Shown in pieces: positions 52,118-64,000 of a DNA stretch of 64,000 nucleotides. This stretch comes from Trichodelitschia bisporula. Its lineage: Eukaryota. The position numbers were made by a program, and so were the translations under genes. Positions within the stretch are counted from its first letter, which is position 1. Each line of letters opens with the position of its first letter. The notes under the pieces were generated by a model. The model saw only the letters and a program-made list of their open reading frames with translations. It made no database searches and was not told the origin of the DNA. Location: positions 569,933 through 633,932 of the forward strand of contig ML996692.1 of assembly GCA_010356995.1 (NCBI GenBank). The letters run 5' to 3'.

Positions 52118-52555
52118 GGCAGTTAGCAATCGAGCACAGTGTTATGGCGAAGCTTCAGTATATTATGAGAAAAGGGGGACCAGCAGCTTATCAAAAGGGT
52201 TCCGCTGCTAACGGCCATATCTGGTAAGGCTGTGATATAGCACGCCGATAAGCGCAAGCCACAGCCGCGCTGAATGTTGGATTGCCTCCCGAATCGAAAC
52301 AAGAAGAAGAAGGAGCGAACTGCAAAGGCCGGCTGGGAGATCAAATATGCCTTCCATCAGGGTTGTATCTTAGCTTACTATGGCTCCGTACTCCAATCTT
52401 GCTCGAGGCCGCGCCTTTAGAACTAAATCTCAAATACCGCCCTAGAAAGTGAGGCATTAAAAGCAAGCTTTACAGCCCTTTGAAGATGTGCGCCTCAGCA
52501 ACTTCGGAGAGTTTGTGGTTTGACACCAGCAATGTCGTCGTCCCAGTACCAAGTA

Positions 52556-53359
52556 TTACGCATATTTGTCGTGCTTTCCTTTGACTTTGACATCCAAAAG
52601 TCGCTCATGGAAATCCCCTTCTCGACGAGCCTTCTTCAACATCTTGACATCCGCATCATCCAGCTTTCTCCCAACCATTTCCTCTAACTCTTTCCTGCTG
52701 ATCCGACCCCTCGCCCTCTCTTCTTTCGCCACCTTTAACTTCGGCTTAAACCGCGCTTGCATCCGTATCCGTAGAGTGCTCCTAAAGTCGATGTTCTCCG
52801 AATCTCCCCTGATCACCTTGTTCCCCTCACCACCGTTCTCGTCGATGGTAACAAACTTCTCCCGCTGCGTCTGCACTGCGAATGTCCCCGGGCTGTCGGC
52901 GACGGGTATACACAGAAAGGACTCCTCGGGTGATATCGCCTCGCGCGTCGCTGCCAAAACGCCAAACTTGTCGCAACCCAGGTACCTTCCATGATGGCTC
53001 TTGAAGCTCAAGCTTTCCGTGCCCGCAACTCGATTTGCAATCCACACCTGACGCACATCGTGTGGTTCTGCCGTACCGGGGTCTGCCTCAACGATATTCT
53101 CCACTGGGATAGCGAACACGGTACCGTTGGCGTCGCAGGAAAGACACGAGGGCTCGTCAGTCGGAAGCACGAAGATGATGGGCCCGGTGATATCGCTCGG
53201 TGCATCGGCACCGACCCAGCTGTCGTCGTCGCCCGCAGCGGTTTGTGAGGTGGAAGGCGCGGCCTTGGTAAGCTGCTGGCCTTCGGTGTCGTCGTCAACC
53301 TGCGTGCGCTTTCTTTTCTTGGGTTTCTTTTCGCCTTTGAACATGAGGGCCTTGACCAT
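52556..53359 (-). CDS. FRG1: FRG1-like (fascin-fold) nuclear protein, single exon
   Basis: MVKALMFKGEKKPKKRKR, EPHDVRQVW, SFKSHHGRYLGCDKFG, REAISPEE, IRMQARFKP, ERLLDVKVKGKHDKY. Confidence 0.92.
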   Translation of the reverse strand: MVKALMFKGEKKPKKRKRTQVDDDTEGQQLTKAAPSTSQTAAGDDDSWVGADAPSDITGPIIFVLPTDEPSCLSCDANGTVFAIPVENIVEADPGTAEPHDVRQVWIANRVAGTESLSFKSHHGRYLGCDKFGVLAATREAISPEESFLCIPVADSPGTFAVQTQREKFVTIDENGGEGNKVIRGDSENIDFRSTLRIRMQARFKPKLKVAKEERARGRISRKELEEMVGRKLDDADVKMLKKARREGDFHERLLDVKVKGKHDKYA

Positions 53360-53702
53360 AGTTGCGAGGGTGGAGGTGCGGGCTTAGACGTGTGGGAGAA
53401 CTTTCTGCGGTGTGCTTCTGTTTGTTCGGAAAATTGGAGCAGCTGGTTGGATGCAATGATCCAAAGTGGAGCGACCGTGTCGAGAGGTCGCGAAGCGCGT
53501 GAAGTCGGGCTCTAGGCTCAAGAAGGCGCTTGGCAAGCCACCCCGGCCGACAACTTCCAAATCGGGATTTCGGCAACTTTCAGTAGGCAGGCACGAGATG
53601 TTTCATTTCGACGTCACGTTGTGTGACATTAATTTCGACTATTCAACTCCAGACGACCCCCGTTGAAGAATATTTGATACTGAGTTCGACAAAAGCTTCA
53701 AA

Positions 53703-54857
53703 ATGTCTACGAGCAGCATAAAGTTCCAAGAGCCAGTTACAGTGAGCCTCCGTGAGCTTCAGAAAGGTACTGTTTGCCTACCCGCCCCTCTGAATGCGGA
53801 ATGCTTACTGTTCCAGGATCTGTGCCGTTTGAGACGCTTGAAGAAGCATTTGGCTCCAGCTCGCTAGGGATAATTGTGGTGAAAGACCTCTCTCCACAGT
53901 TTGTGGACCTGCGCCGTTCTTTGTTATCGTACGCCTCTTATCTTGCGAATCTTCCTCAAGACGAGCTAGGTATGTACAGACTGCTCGTGGGAGCTGCTCT
54001 CACATTTCCCAGCAAAGCTCGAGCACGAGCAGTCAAAATGGCTCGTCGGATGGTCCTGCGGCAAGGAGACGCTGAAAGACGGACACTTCGACACATTGAA
54101 GGGCTCCTTTTATGTCAATTGCAACCCGTCCTTTGCCGAAACCAAAATCCAGGCTGAACTGGCTGACCGATATCCCGGCTTCCCGGAATACACGGCATTA
54201 AACGTCTGGCCCTCTGAAAGCGTCCTCCCGGGCTTTGAGCCTGCCTTTCGGGAGCTATGTATGCTGATTACTGAAACGGCAGCCCTGGTTGCCCGGGCAT
54301 GCGACCAGTATGCCGAAGGGAGAATCAAAGGCTATAAGCCCGGCTACCTTGAGCACGTTGTCACAACGAGCCATGTATCCAAAGCCAGACTGCTCCACTA
54401 CTTTCCTCAGCCCTACGGAAGCTCTTCCGGCGACGAGGACGACTGGTGTGCCACACACGTGGACCACGGCTGTCTGACTGGCCTGACCTCCGCCATGTTT
54501 GTGGACGAAGAGAAGCACCCACCCGTCCTTTCGGACGGATTTGCTCCTCTACCTGAACTGGATGGTTCACCGGACCCCAAAGCCGGGCTTTATATTCGGT
54601 CCAGGTCCGGTGAAACTGTGAAAGTCGGGCTCCCGAAAGACTGTCTAGCATTCCAGACGGGTGAAGCCCTCGAGACCATCACCAAGGGCAAGTTTAAGGC
54701 GGTACCGCACTTCGTCCGCGCGGCTGGGCCTGGTAAAGGGGGGAGGATCGCCCGCAATACACTCGCACTCTTTACCCAACCCAATCTGTGGGAGATGGTG
54801 GACGAGAAGCGGGACTTTGCGGCCTTTGCTAAGGAGATTGTTGAGCGAAACCATTAA
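53703..54857 (+). CDS. 2-oxoglutarate/Fe(II)-dependent oxygenase-like protein (IPNS/DIOX fold); exons 53703-53766, 53817-53969, 54013-54857
   Basis: AFGSSSLGIIVV, GWSCGKE, KGSFYVN, KARLLHYFP, WCATHVDHGCLTGL (HxD), GLYIRSR, AFQTGE, AVPHFV (distal His), RNTLALF. Confidence 0.9.
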
Positions 54858-57800
54858 TACCAACTCTCAACGCCAAAGTATTTGTCCAGCGGCTTGCCTT
54901 ACCTGGCAGTACTGCGATATTGTCGCTGTGCGCAGTGGCAGTCAGTCCAGGCAGCCTGTTGGCAGTACACTTCAGCGAGGAGAATTCTAAGCTGGCCGTG
55001 AAGCTGTCTGAGTGGCGATTGCCTTGAAGAAAGCGATATCGGTAAAAGATTCTGATCTGAAGTGATCTGAAGTGATTTGCGTTGGGGTAGCGCCGGTAGT
55101 GGGTATTGCATCGACTATGTAGCTTATATTGAGGGTTACGTTGATGGCGGATGCTTTATGAGAGCTATGTCGCTAAAGTTGATGGTAAAGGCTTCGGAGC
55201 AACAACTCTTTTCGCTCGGTTGACCGTGGTTTCGCTCATCCTGGTGGCGTGCACATGTTCACTCTAGATCTCCTTTGACGTTCCGAAAACGAGCGAAATA
55301 CCATCTAGGTATATTCTTCACCCAGATGCCGGATCTACCTGATATTCTCCTCTTTGGGACGGCCCCTGGGACATATACTCCACGAGGCTCGGCCTGATAA
55401 TGGCGCAACCCGACACCTAGTGCAATGCCCAACCAACAATCGTACCAACTCTCGATCCAGACGCAAAACAGATCCCACCCGCGCCGATCCGCAAATCCAG
55501 ATCTGTACCATACGATACCTGCATCGCCCATCGGAAGTCGGCAGCAATGAAACGTGCCCCCCCAGTCGTCGCTCCGTGCACGCGCCCCGAAAGTATTGAT
55601 ATACAAAGAGCAGCCCTACGCCACCATACGGCTTGCGGTTCCTTGATACCTGTCAATCACGAACGCCCCGCACCGGGCGCGATCCACCGCTGCGCCTGAT
55701 AATTAGCCCTAGGGTCCCGACCGCGGACCGCACGGCCGGAGACGAGGAGGCATGTCCATGATCGGGGCATCGGGCTGCACCACCGCGGCCTCTCCACGAT
55801 GCGAGGCTACTTACAACGGTCCGGATGTGCCGAGTACGTTCACTCGCGTGTAGCCTCCCTAAGGTACTTACATGGTGAATCTGCGGTATTCCCGCGGCCA
55901 AGGCTGGCTAAGCTTTTCTACAGGTGTGCGGATTTGGCAAGTCATCCCGGTGAAGGGCGATATTGAGGTGCAGGGATGAGGCTTGCACGGAGAGCGATGC
56001 GGCGCGGCGATTGCGTGGCTGCGGGGGGGAATGTTAAGGTGGGTAAGCGGCGGGTGTGCGAGCTCTCGGCTTTACGCTTCTGAAGTGGGGTGGGGGCGAG
56101 CATATGGGCTGACGGTGAGTGCTGCGGGCGCAGCACCGGTGGGATACTGTTTGGAGGGGATTAGTTACCTGTCGAGCAGCGCGGAGGAAAAGAGTGCGAG
56201 CGATGAGATGGCTTAAAGAAGCCGTAGTCCCGTCTATAGTTGGCCCATATGATACAATGACGCTAGGCTCGTTCTCAGCATCCCTTGCGCGAAGTACTCC
56301 GTCTTGTGGTAGTGAACGGTGTTTCCCAGTGTCGCGTTTCCAACGACGGCCTTTGGGTGGTTATTGTTCGTGAGGTAGTGATTTGGCGTGGGGTTGTCGT
56401 GGTATGGTATTCAATGGCTGGATTGGGGTCGTAGTAGATGATGACCGACCTGCGAAGCTTAGTATTGCCTGAACGGACTCAGGGTAAGCCTTACTCGAAG
56501 CAAGCACCTCGGGCCGCGTCACAGTCTCGCTTGGTGCTCGTCGACTCTCTGGTGTGGACCGATGCATATACCATAGGTTCCCAGACCGTCGCTCTGCCAC
56601 TCTGTTAGTCACGCGCCGTCGAAAACCACGATAGAATCCTACCTTCCGGTTTGCACCGCAGGCACCGGGACCATGTGTGTGATGACTGAAGTCATTGGTC
56701 TTGTTGATACGACAGGGTAGAAAAAGATCTGCTCCGTGCAAGCTACTTGGACCCTCTGCACCGTATTTACTGATGCCGGTGTAGGCTGTGCTGCTGCGGT
56801 AGGAGTAGGCTCGACAGTTTCAGCAACGGTAGCACTGAATCCAGGTTAGCGAGCTCCAAAGGCGTTTTGGGGCCGTACCTGAGAAGGCTAAAGCCGGCAA
56901 AGAGTAAACTGAAGGCCAGCATGTTGTCGGCCTAACGAATGACAATAGGGAAAAATGAATGTTAGTGGCGAGCTGCGCGAAGAATGCCTTCAGTGGGACC
57001 GCTTCATGTTGTACCAATACCTGCGGCCATCAAGCTTTAGGATGTTAATGAATGTGCGATTGCAAATTGCAATCCCGCTATCAGGTTAGTCCAAAAGGCG
57101 GGAGCATGGTCTGCGCCGAAGCCGTAGCGAATTTGGACAAACGGACTGCTGCACGTCACCAAATATCCCGAATATAGAGTCTGTAGAGGATTGCAGGCTA
57201 TGGCTTGAGGGCTAAGTCGCGCAGGGGCCGCGAGGAGACGCTCGTATATCTGTACCAGGCGTCCAGAAGATCACCCGAGGGTGCGAAAGGCGCAAAATTG
57301 TTGCCTTCCGTCCACCAGTAAGCTGATGAGATTCATTCCACTTCTTATGCCACGCGCGAAAAATTCCCCGTAGCCTTGACAACTTGGCGACTGAGATTGA
57401 CCTGGGCGTGCAAGTCACCGCCAAAAGAGGGTGGTGATCCAGTGCTATGAGACTAGCATATCGCTCCCCAAAATAGCAAGCAGAGCAGTCTCATGGCTAG
57501 GAGAGATTTCCAGGTGAGGTCGGCAGTCTCTGTACCTAGTAGAAGAAGGCCCATTCGCGTGTCGCCATCATTGACTCAAATCCAGAAGACCTCGGATCCA
57601 AAGAGACGGTTAAGATGCCGTCGAGCGCAAGGGGTCACGACGACTGTAATTAAGGAACGAAAATGGAATCAAAGGGCTCGCAGGTAGTGATGGGATCGGG
57701 AAGGAGCCGAGAAGGGGATTCCAATAATGCTCTGAACCGCATTCATGGCGCCAGGATAGTGTGATATGCGTTCGTCATGATACCCTTGTAGCGATAGATG

Positions 57801-59260
57801 GCCGGGACCATCCACAACGTCCATCGTACATTCCGAAGATAATGGCATCCCGGTCGCACTGTAAGCTTCATAATAAAATTAGGGCTTCTAGTGGATATGG
57901 TGATCAGCACATCTTCATCTCATAGATAGAGCGATCAACTACAGTTGGTGTCCTTATAGACAGGGAGCTTCTCGATTGGCCGTGTAAACGAGCACAGTTC
58001 CATGTGTTGAGCAAATTCTGGGACGGCCAGACCGCTCAAGCGTCGTCTGTTGAATCCAGATCAAAGTGGCCCAAACCATCGCTGACGTAAAAGCCTGGCT
58101 CGGCAAGACTGGAACTGTCTGCTGAGCTATACCGGTAACCTAACGAGCTGAGGTGGCGAGGAGGTGCTGTGGTAGACTTGGTAAGCCAAACCACTGAAGC
58201 CAAAGTGTCAGTCAGCGTCGTGACGCTGGGCATCCACAGACGCGGTCTATTTCCCGGTCTGGAGCTTCCGGCGTGTGGAATGGCTTGCCATTGCCTGCGC
58301 CGCTCGAACAGCACTGGGTGGTGGTTGTGACTTCCCGAGTCTCAAGTTACATCGTGGCTTCCCGAGTCCTAAGTGCATCGCAACTGCAAGGACGGAGCAG
58401 ATGGCATTACAACAGCGCAAGGCGGAGTCCAAACATCCGTACATCCGTACACGAAGCAACAACATCATTGGGCATGAAAGGGCAAATTCGACGACTCGTG
58501 ATACATGCGGTCATCACGGCCCGAAGCGGAATAGGGGCCCCCGTCAAGATTTGTGGCGGTCTACACGAGCCTTGCCACGCTGATAACTGAAATACGGGTT
58601 TCCGGGTGTGGCCGTGCAATTCTGATACGGGCAGGTAAGGCGCGCAATGTTTTGTCGAAGTTGCATCGTGGAGCGGAGACTATTGAGGTTGGAAATATAA
58701 AAGGCGAGGGCAGAGGGGAAGAAAAAGAAGTGGCGCCGATGTCAAGTGGTGGGTCGTGACGCAGCGATGATGCAACTGTCAGCCCTACAACCAGTCCTAT
58801 CTTACCGGTTCTCTCGTAGCTCCAAGAGCTAGTTCGAGAGTCGGGAAGGAAGAGAACCGCTTCACCGTGGCGGTGCGGGGGATGCGACGCCAAGAGTCGC
58901 CATTTATGGTAAGCACGGTTTGCACCAGAGCCACTTACACAAGCCACCCGGCCACCGGCCAAGAGAAGCAACCGCAATCCTGATGTCAGCCCGCCCACAC
59001 CTGCAAGTGTGATGGGATGGGTACGGAGTACAATTGTGAAGACCCCCTTCCTTCCCTCTCCCAAGACCTCCCATCATCTTCTTTACCTCTTGTTTCCATT
59101 CACCTAACCCACCCGCCGGAACTCTATCACATTTCCAAACAACTATCCCATTCCTGCTACCAATTCCGTTGACAACCTTATCCTTGGCTTGTGCAGCATT
59201 TAGCCAGACAGTACTGCTTTCCGAAAGCATCCTGTTTCTCCAACCCGCATCTCCGAAACC

Positions 59261-60240
59261 ATGCGTCATCAGATCTTGATCTGGCTCTTCACCCTCTGGG
59301 TCGTCAACGCGCTCTCCATCCCTGGCCACAATACACCTCTTGCCCTACGCAATGAAGGACTGAACGCGTTGTGGAAGCGTAAAGGCGGCGGCGGTGGTGG
59401 CAAGGGAGGCGGCGGCGGCGGCTCTAGCAGCAGTTCCGGCAGCAGCAGTTCCGGCAGCAGTTCCGGTAGCAGCTCGGGCAGCAGCTCGGGCAGTTCCAGT
59501 GGAGGAAGTATGTTGTCCCTTCATCTCACAGCGCCTCGGTCTTCGCGTCCCAAAGTCCCCATAGCGCTTTCATCCGTTCTTCACTAACGCGCCTAGGTCG
59601 CACGGGTGGCTCTTCTGGTAAAGCTTCCAGATACGGCTCAACACCTTCTTCATCCAAAACCACTAACCGTGCCTCAGTGGGATCCAATGCAGGCGGACGC
59701 TCCGGTTCCGGTTCCGGCGTGCAACCTTCGTACGGCGGTGGGCGCTACTACGGCGGTGGCGCTAGGGTTCCATATGCCGCGGGTGGGCGATCTCCGGCCG
59801 GCCTTGTCGCCCTTGGTCTCCTCCCGATTGCAGGACTAGCTTTCTTCGCAGGCGCCTGGCTGTACCCTGCCTACCTCTACCCTTACTCGCACCCGTATAC
59901 CTTCCACAACGCGTCGGCAAACAACGGAACTGGCGCCAATCAAACCAAGCCGGTCAAGTGTCTGTGCCAGCAGTACAGCGTGTGTGGCTGCGACGAGAAC
60001 GACGACCAGTCGTACCTGGCCTCTTTGCTCGGGAACGGATCCACGGAGGCTCTAAATTCGTCGCTCGTCCGCGTTGCCAACGTGAACAATACGGACACCA
60101 TCTTCCTCAATGGGACGTTGCCGAACGGAACTACGGCTGCGGGAGGCTCCGACAGCGCGGCGGCCCTGAATCTGCCCCACAAGGCCCTCGGATATGTCGT
60201 CATTGCGACTGCCGTGACCCTGGCCGTTTTCAGTTTGTAA
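59261..60240 (+). CDS. Secreted, probably GPI-anchored Gly/Ser-rich conserved fungal protein; exons 59261-59507, 59597-59617, 59678-60240
   Basis: Signal peptide, KR (Kex2-like) site before the G/S tract, YYGGGARVPYAAGGRSPAG, CLCQQYSVCGCD, NGTLPNGTTAAGG, hydrophobic C-terminus. Confidence 0.85.
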
Positions 60241-60965
60241 GCTTCGGATTTCGGTATGAAAGAGACAAAACTTTGAGGTTTGGAGCGGGTAAAGGCGTTT
60301 GAGGTTGGATTGGTGTTTGCTGGGAAGTGGGACTTTGCTCCGTTAGGCCGCTCGCTTGGAACTGGTAATGTGTTACTCTAACGTCGTACGTTTTCATGCA
60401 AGAAAGCATGCATCACAAGCTCCATGCGCACATGGCTGCCTTCGTGATGCGCCAATCCTGACTCGTATAGCAAAAACTTGGCTCCAAGATCTGAGCGGCT
60501 TGATAAGTGAGGTTGAGGTGTGAAGTCGGACGATATAACCCTGCAATATTCATATATATATATATCACGTCAAGCCACAGCCTGCTCCGCATAGCCCTGA
60601 GCGTCGTCATGGGCATCGAGCAAGGCTGAAAATGGCGAGATATTTTTTCTTTTTCTTGCGATATGCACACTGGCTCATACGGTAACTCTCAGAGAACCGA
60701 GAAGGGGAGAGATCGTGATGAGATACATCAGGTACTGCGTTCAAGCCCACCATCCGCTATCGTGAGAGTAGGAAGTCACGTCTGAGCTTCAAAGGGTTGG
60801 GAAACCCACGCCTTGAACTGCAAGTGAAGGTGCGTCTGGAGAGCGAGGAAAGACGAGATTTATCTGATGAGATTATCTGACTGATGACAGGAAAAAGCAA
60901 CGCCCAGAAACTCCCACCAAGACTCCTGGACATCACATCGCCACCCTCATCGCCGCCGCTAACCG

Positions 60966-63727
60966 CTAGGCGTATGCTCCAAACTGACCCACCAAGGCTT
61001 CCAACTTCGGCCGGGGCTGGCCAATTTTGGTCGGCTCTCCCCATACCCCATACCCAATCCCTTTGCTAAGCACGCGTGTCCGGAAGCCCTTCTTCTCGTC
61101 ACCCTTCCTCCATCCACCTTGGCGATACGCAACAATCTGATCACGCACCCAGACCCGCGTCACAATCGTCTTGTTGGGATGGAGCTTCCATAACCGTTTG
61201 TTCATCTCCTTGATGTGGGTGTCCGTCATGCGCATCGTCTCGCGCTTGGGCAGAGTTCGCGGGTTGGTCGTATGGAGCTGGCCCTTCTGCTTCGCCGACC
61301 AGAAGTCGGCCTGATCGCCGTCGAAGGCCTGTCCCAGCGGCGACGATCGGTGCATCATGTACACTGTAGCGCAGTCCAAGCGCATCAAGACGCTCAACCG
61401 CGCGCACCGCACCACGTAATCGTGCATCTCGGCGAGGAAATCGTTGCGTTTCTGGTCAGCCTGGCGCTCGTTCCAGACCGGAAGCATCGGCCGGAATAGC
61501 TTGTATAGTGACGCTGTGAGCGATGCTGCCATCTCGGCGAAGTAATCGGGGTACAGTGCTGGGCCGGACTTCACTACACCGAGAAACTTGCGCACCTTTA
61601 GGCCTCGTTCGGCGGTCCGCTTGAAGGCTTGAAGAGCAGGGTTAGCTGTGCCGACCAGACGGAGCGCGTCGACTTACCATCCGCATTGACGTATCTCAGC
61701 TCATCTGCCTTCAGGATTTTCAACTGCTCCACCTGTGCACCGAAGAGAAGCGATCCAAACACATGCTCCCGCATGACAAGCCAGAACACACCCTCGACCA
61801 CTGCCGCCCTCTGCTCATCATCAAGCAAGAGCCTCTCCCAATCCTCTGCCGTTCCCATTCCAGGCGCCACCGCGACACCCTGGATCAGCCTCAGCAGCTC
61901 TTCACTCGCTTGGGAGCCAAAGTCGTACGCCCATTCCTTGTCGCTCTTCTTCTTTGAGCCGAAGTACTCTGCCGCCCACCCCGCCACATCGCGCCTCACG
62001 TCCTCCAGTTCCTTGCTGATCCGATTATCAGTCGCCAGGTACTTCTCCTGCGTGCGCAGGTCTACAGTCGGGAAATCTTCAACCTGCACCTTATACGAGT
62101 GCCCGTAGGCGATATCATTTTTATCTTTCTTTAAGGGGTCGCAACCTGGAGGGACTCCAATTTCGGGACATAGAGGGGCTCCATCTTCGGGTTGAGTGGG
62201 CTTCGTTTCTGGTTCCATTGCCTGCCGCATCTTCGCTATGGCCTCGTCGAGTTTCTTGCGGGGAAGGGGGGCTTTCTTGCGTCCGCTGTGTGGGGTGAAG
62301 AAGCTCGTCATCGAAGAGGGTGGGCCCCTGCCCGAACTCGCAGGCACAGTCGACGCCGAATTGTCCGTCAACACCGACTTCTCCCTTGCACTGCGCTCCT
62401 TCGGCGTCTTCGGCGACACCGACTTCTCCCTTGCGCCTCCCTCCGTTGGCACCTTCAGCAACACCGACTCCTCTGTCGACACCGCCGTCCTCTCCCTTGA
62501 GTACCTCTCCTTCGGCGCCTTCAGCGATTCCGGCGGTGGAGACACCGAAGAGAGGGGCTCAAAGCCCAACGTCTCGCTCCCAGCCCCATGGCTCGAATCC
62601 CCCGCAATAGGGTGGTAAGTAATCTTGAAGTGTGGAACATCACCTCCGTGGCTCGCATCCCCCGCAATAGGGTGGTGAGTAATCTTCATGTCTGGAACAT
62701 CACCTACATGGCTCGCATCCCCCGCAATAGGGTGGTAAGTAATCTTCAAGTCGGGAACATCACCCCCAGCATTTCCAGGCTTCGCCGCGGTCTGGCAAGC
62801 GGCGGCGCCGGAAAGGGGTGGGGCGGAGCGAGGTGCGGCTGGACGAGGAGCGGGACTGGGACCGGTGGGCGCGGTGGGCTCCATGTAGGTGCGCGGGGTC
62901 CTGAACATGGGAGCGGGGGGGTCGCGGGGAGGCGCTTTGGTGACCGGTTCGGGGGTCTTCGAGGCTGCTTCGGCGCCCGGTCTGGGAGTCGCATTGCTGA
63001 CTGGCCTGGATCTCGCTCTGGTGGCCGATTTGGGAGGCGCCTCGGGGGCCGCTTCGCCGGATACTTCGCTGGGTGTCTCCTTCCGCGCCATGCCGCGCGT
63101 CCTCATCAGGAAGGCGTCTTCGGGGATCGCGATGCCCGAGTCGGGCGGCCGTGGCGCGGCGGAAGGCGAGCCGGAAGAGAGCAACTGAGCCATTAGTTGC
63201 AATGTAGGTGACGGGGATAGGGGGAGACGTACATGGTTTAGCGAGAGCGTATCGAGCGCGTCGTCCTCCGTATGGGACGTGTCGTCCTCGGCATCGGAGT
63301 CGGTCATGTCGATGTCGCTCAGCTGATTGTGGTTGTCGCAACCCTCGGCGCCGGCGTCGTCGTTGGACATGTCTGTTGGGTCGCTCTCGTAGGGGTCTTG
63401 CCAGTTGGGATCCAGTTCTTCGAGGACATCTTCCACTACTTCGTCGACGACATCGCCCATTACTTCGTCGAGAGCGTCCTCCAGTTCTTCTTGGGAATCG
63501 GCAAGCTCTTCTTGAGAATCTTCAGATTCTTCGGGAGAATCGTCCTGTTCTTCGGAAGACTCGGAGGCTTCGGAAACGGACTCGGGGACTTCAGCTTCGG
63601 CGGCGAACTTGACTTTCCTGCCGGAAGGTGCAGTGGCCTTGACCTTGCTGCCGGAAGGCATGGTGGACCTGCTTTTGCCGCCGGAAGGCGTGGTGCTGCG
63701 ATTGCGGAGGTTGTACCTCGAGGGCAT
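60966..63727 (-). CDS. Uncharacterised ~900-aa protein with long disordered, repeat-containing N-terminus and helical C-terminal domain; exons 63727-61678, 61627-60966
   Basis: Two long ORFs are joined in frame by a 50-nt GTAAGT..GCTAAC..AAG intron. Acidic tract and P-rich tract present; no family recognised. Confidence 0.8.
62585..62767. repeat. Coding minisatellite, 3 x 60 bp (20-aa unit GDVPDxKITxHPIAGDASHx)
   Basis: Three successive 60-nt units align with few mismatches. Confidence 0.95.
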
Positions 63728-64000
63728 GATTTGCGATGGAACAGATGGAGGAGTGCAGAGTCACGATACAGGCAAATAGATGGGGGAGATGGGAGATGGA
63801 GTTGCGGGAAGGATATCTATACCCCATCATTTGCCGCCAGCGGCCGCCGCTTTCGGTCGCTGCGTTCGGCCGGCCCATACCGCGTGCCTTTGTGCTGCAT
63901 CCGGTGTTTGCGTGCTGAAAACGGGGTGCATTCCAGCACAAAGCGTGCATGCCGCGACGGGGCGCATTCCACGCTTCCTTTCGCGCTGCCCACGCCAGCC

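Noticed and set aside
54900..59200. Gene-poor stretch with many short ORFs, possibly a transposon or pseudogene
   Set aside because: No transposase, RT or integrase motifs, terminal repeats or AT-rich RIP signature recognisable.
62585..62767. Regularly spaced direct repeats suggesting a CRISPR array
   Set aside because: The units are contiguous 60-mers without unique spacers, are in frame within a CDS, the context is eukaryotic, and there are no cas genes.

Overview
Eukaryotic DNA from a filamentous ascomycete (Pezizomycotina-type): mostly short GT-AG introns with CTRAY branch points, and no CRISPR, rRNA or tRNA that I can support. I reconstructed about 20 spliced genes by hand. In order they are: a GT2 polysaccharide synthase (cps1-like); a partial non-phosphorylative L-rhamnose cluster (LRA4 aldolase, LRA2 lactonase, LRA1 dehydrogenase; no LRA3 or rhaR in the window); NPR2; an intronless 'MEDKWF...RSWTG' protein; ATG2; an ADGF-type adenosine deaminase; a TM RING-H2 ligase; an ELL-like factor; a UBE2C/UBC11-type E2; a TGL2-like lipase; an alpha-arrestin; a GH10 xylanase; FRG1; a 2OG-Fe(II) oxygenase; a Gly/Ser-rich secreted protein; and a repeat-rich orphan. 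Most notable: (i) the LRA1 and LRA2 coding sequences overlap by 21 nt on opposite strands, and both promoter regions of the cluster carry a CGG-N11-CCG site; (ii) the lipase catalytic motif needs a 10-nt and a 2-nt micro-exon; (iii) a gene-poor stretch holds a decayed WD40 (NLR-like) relic; (iv) a possible 60-aa three-exon micro-gene. I found no clear-cut new multi-gene system. Family assignments come from motif recognition and memory, not from database searches.
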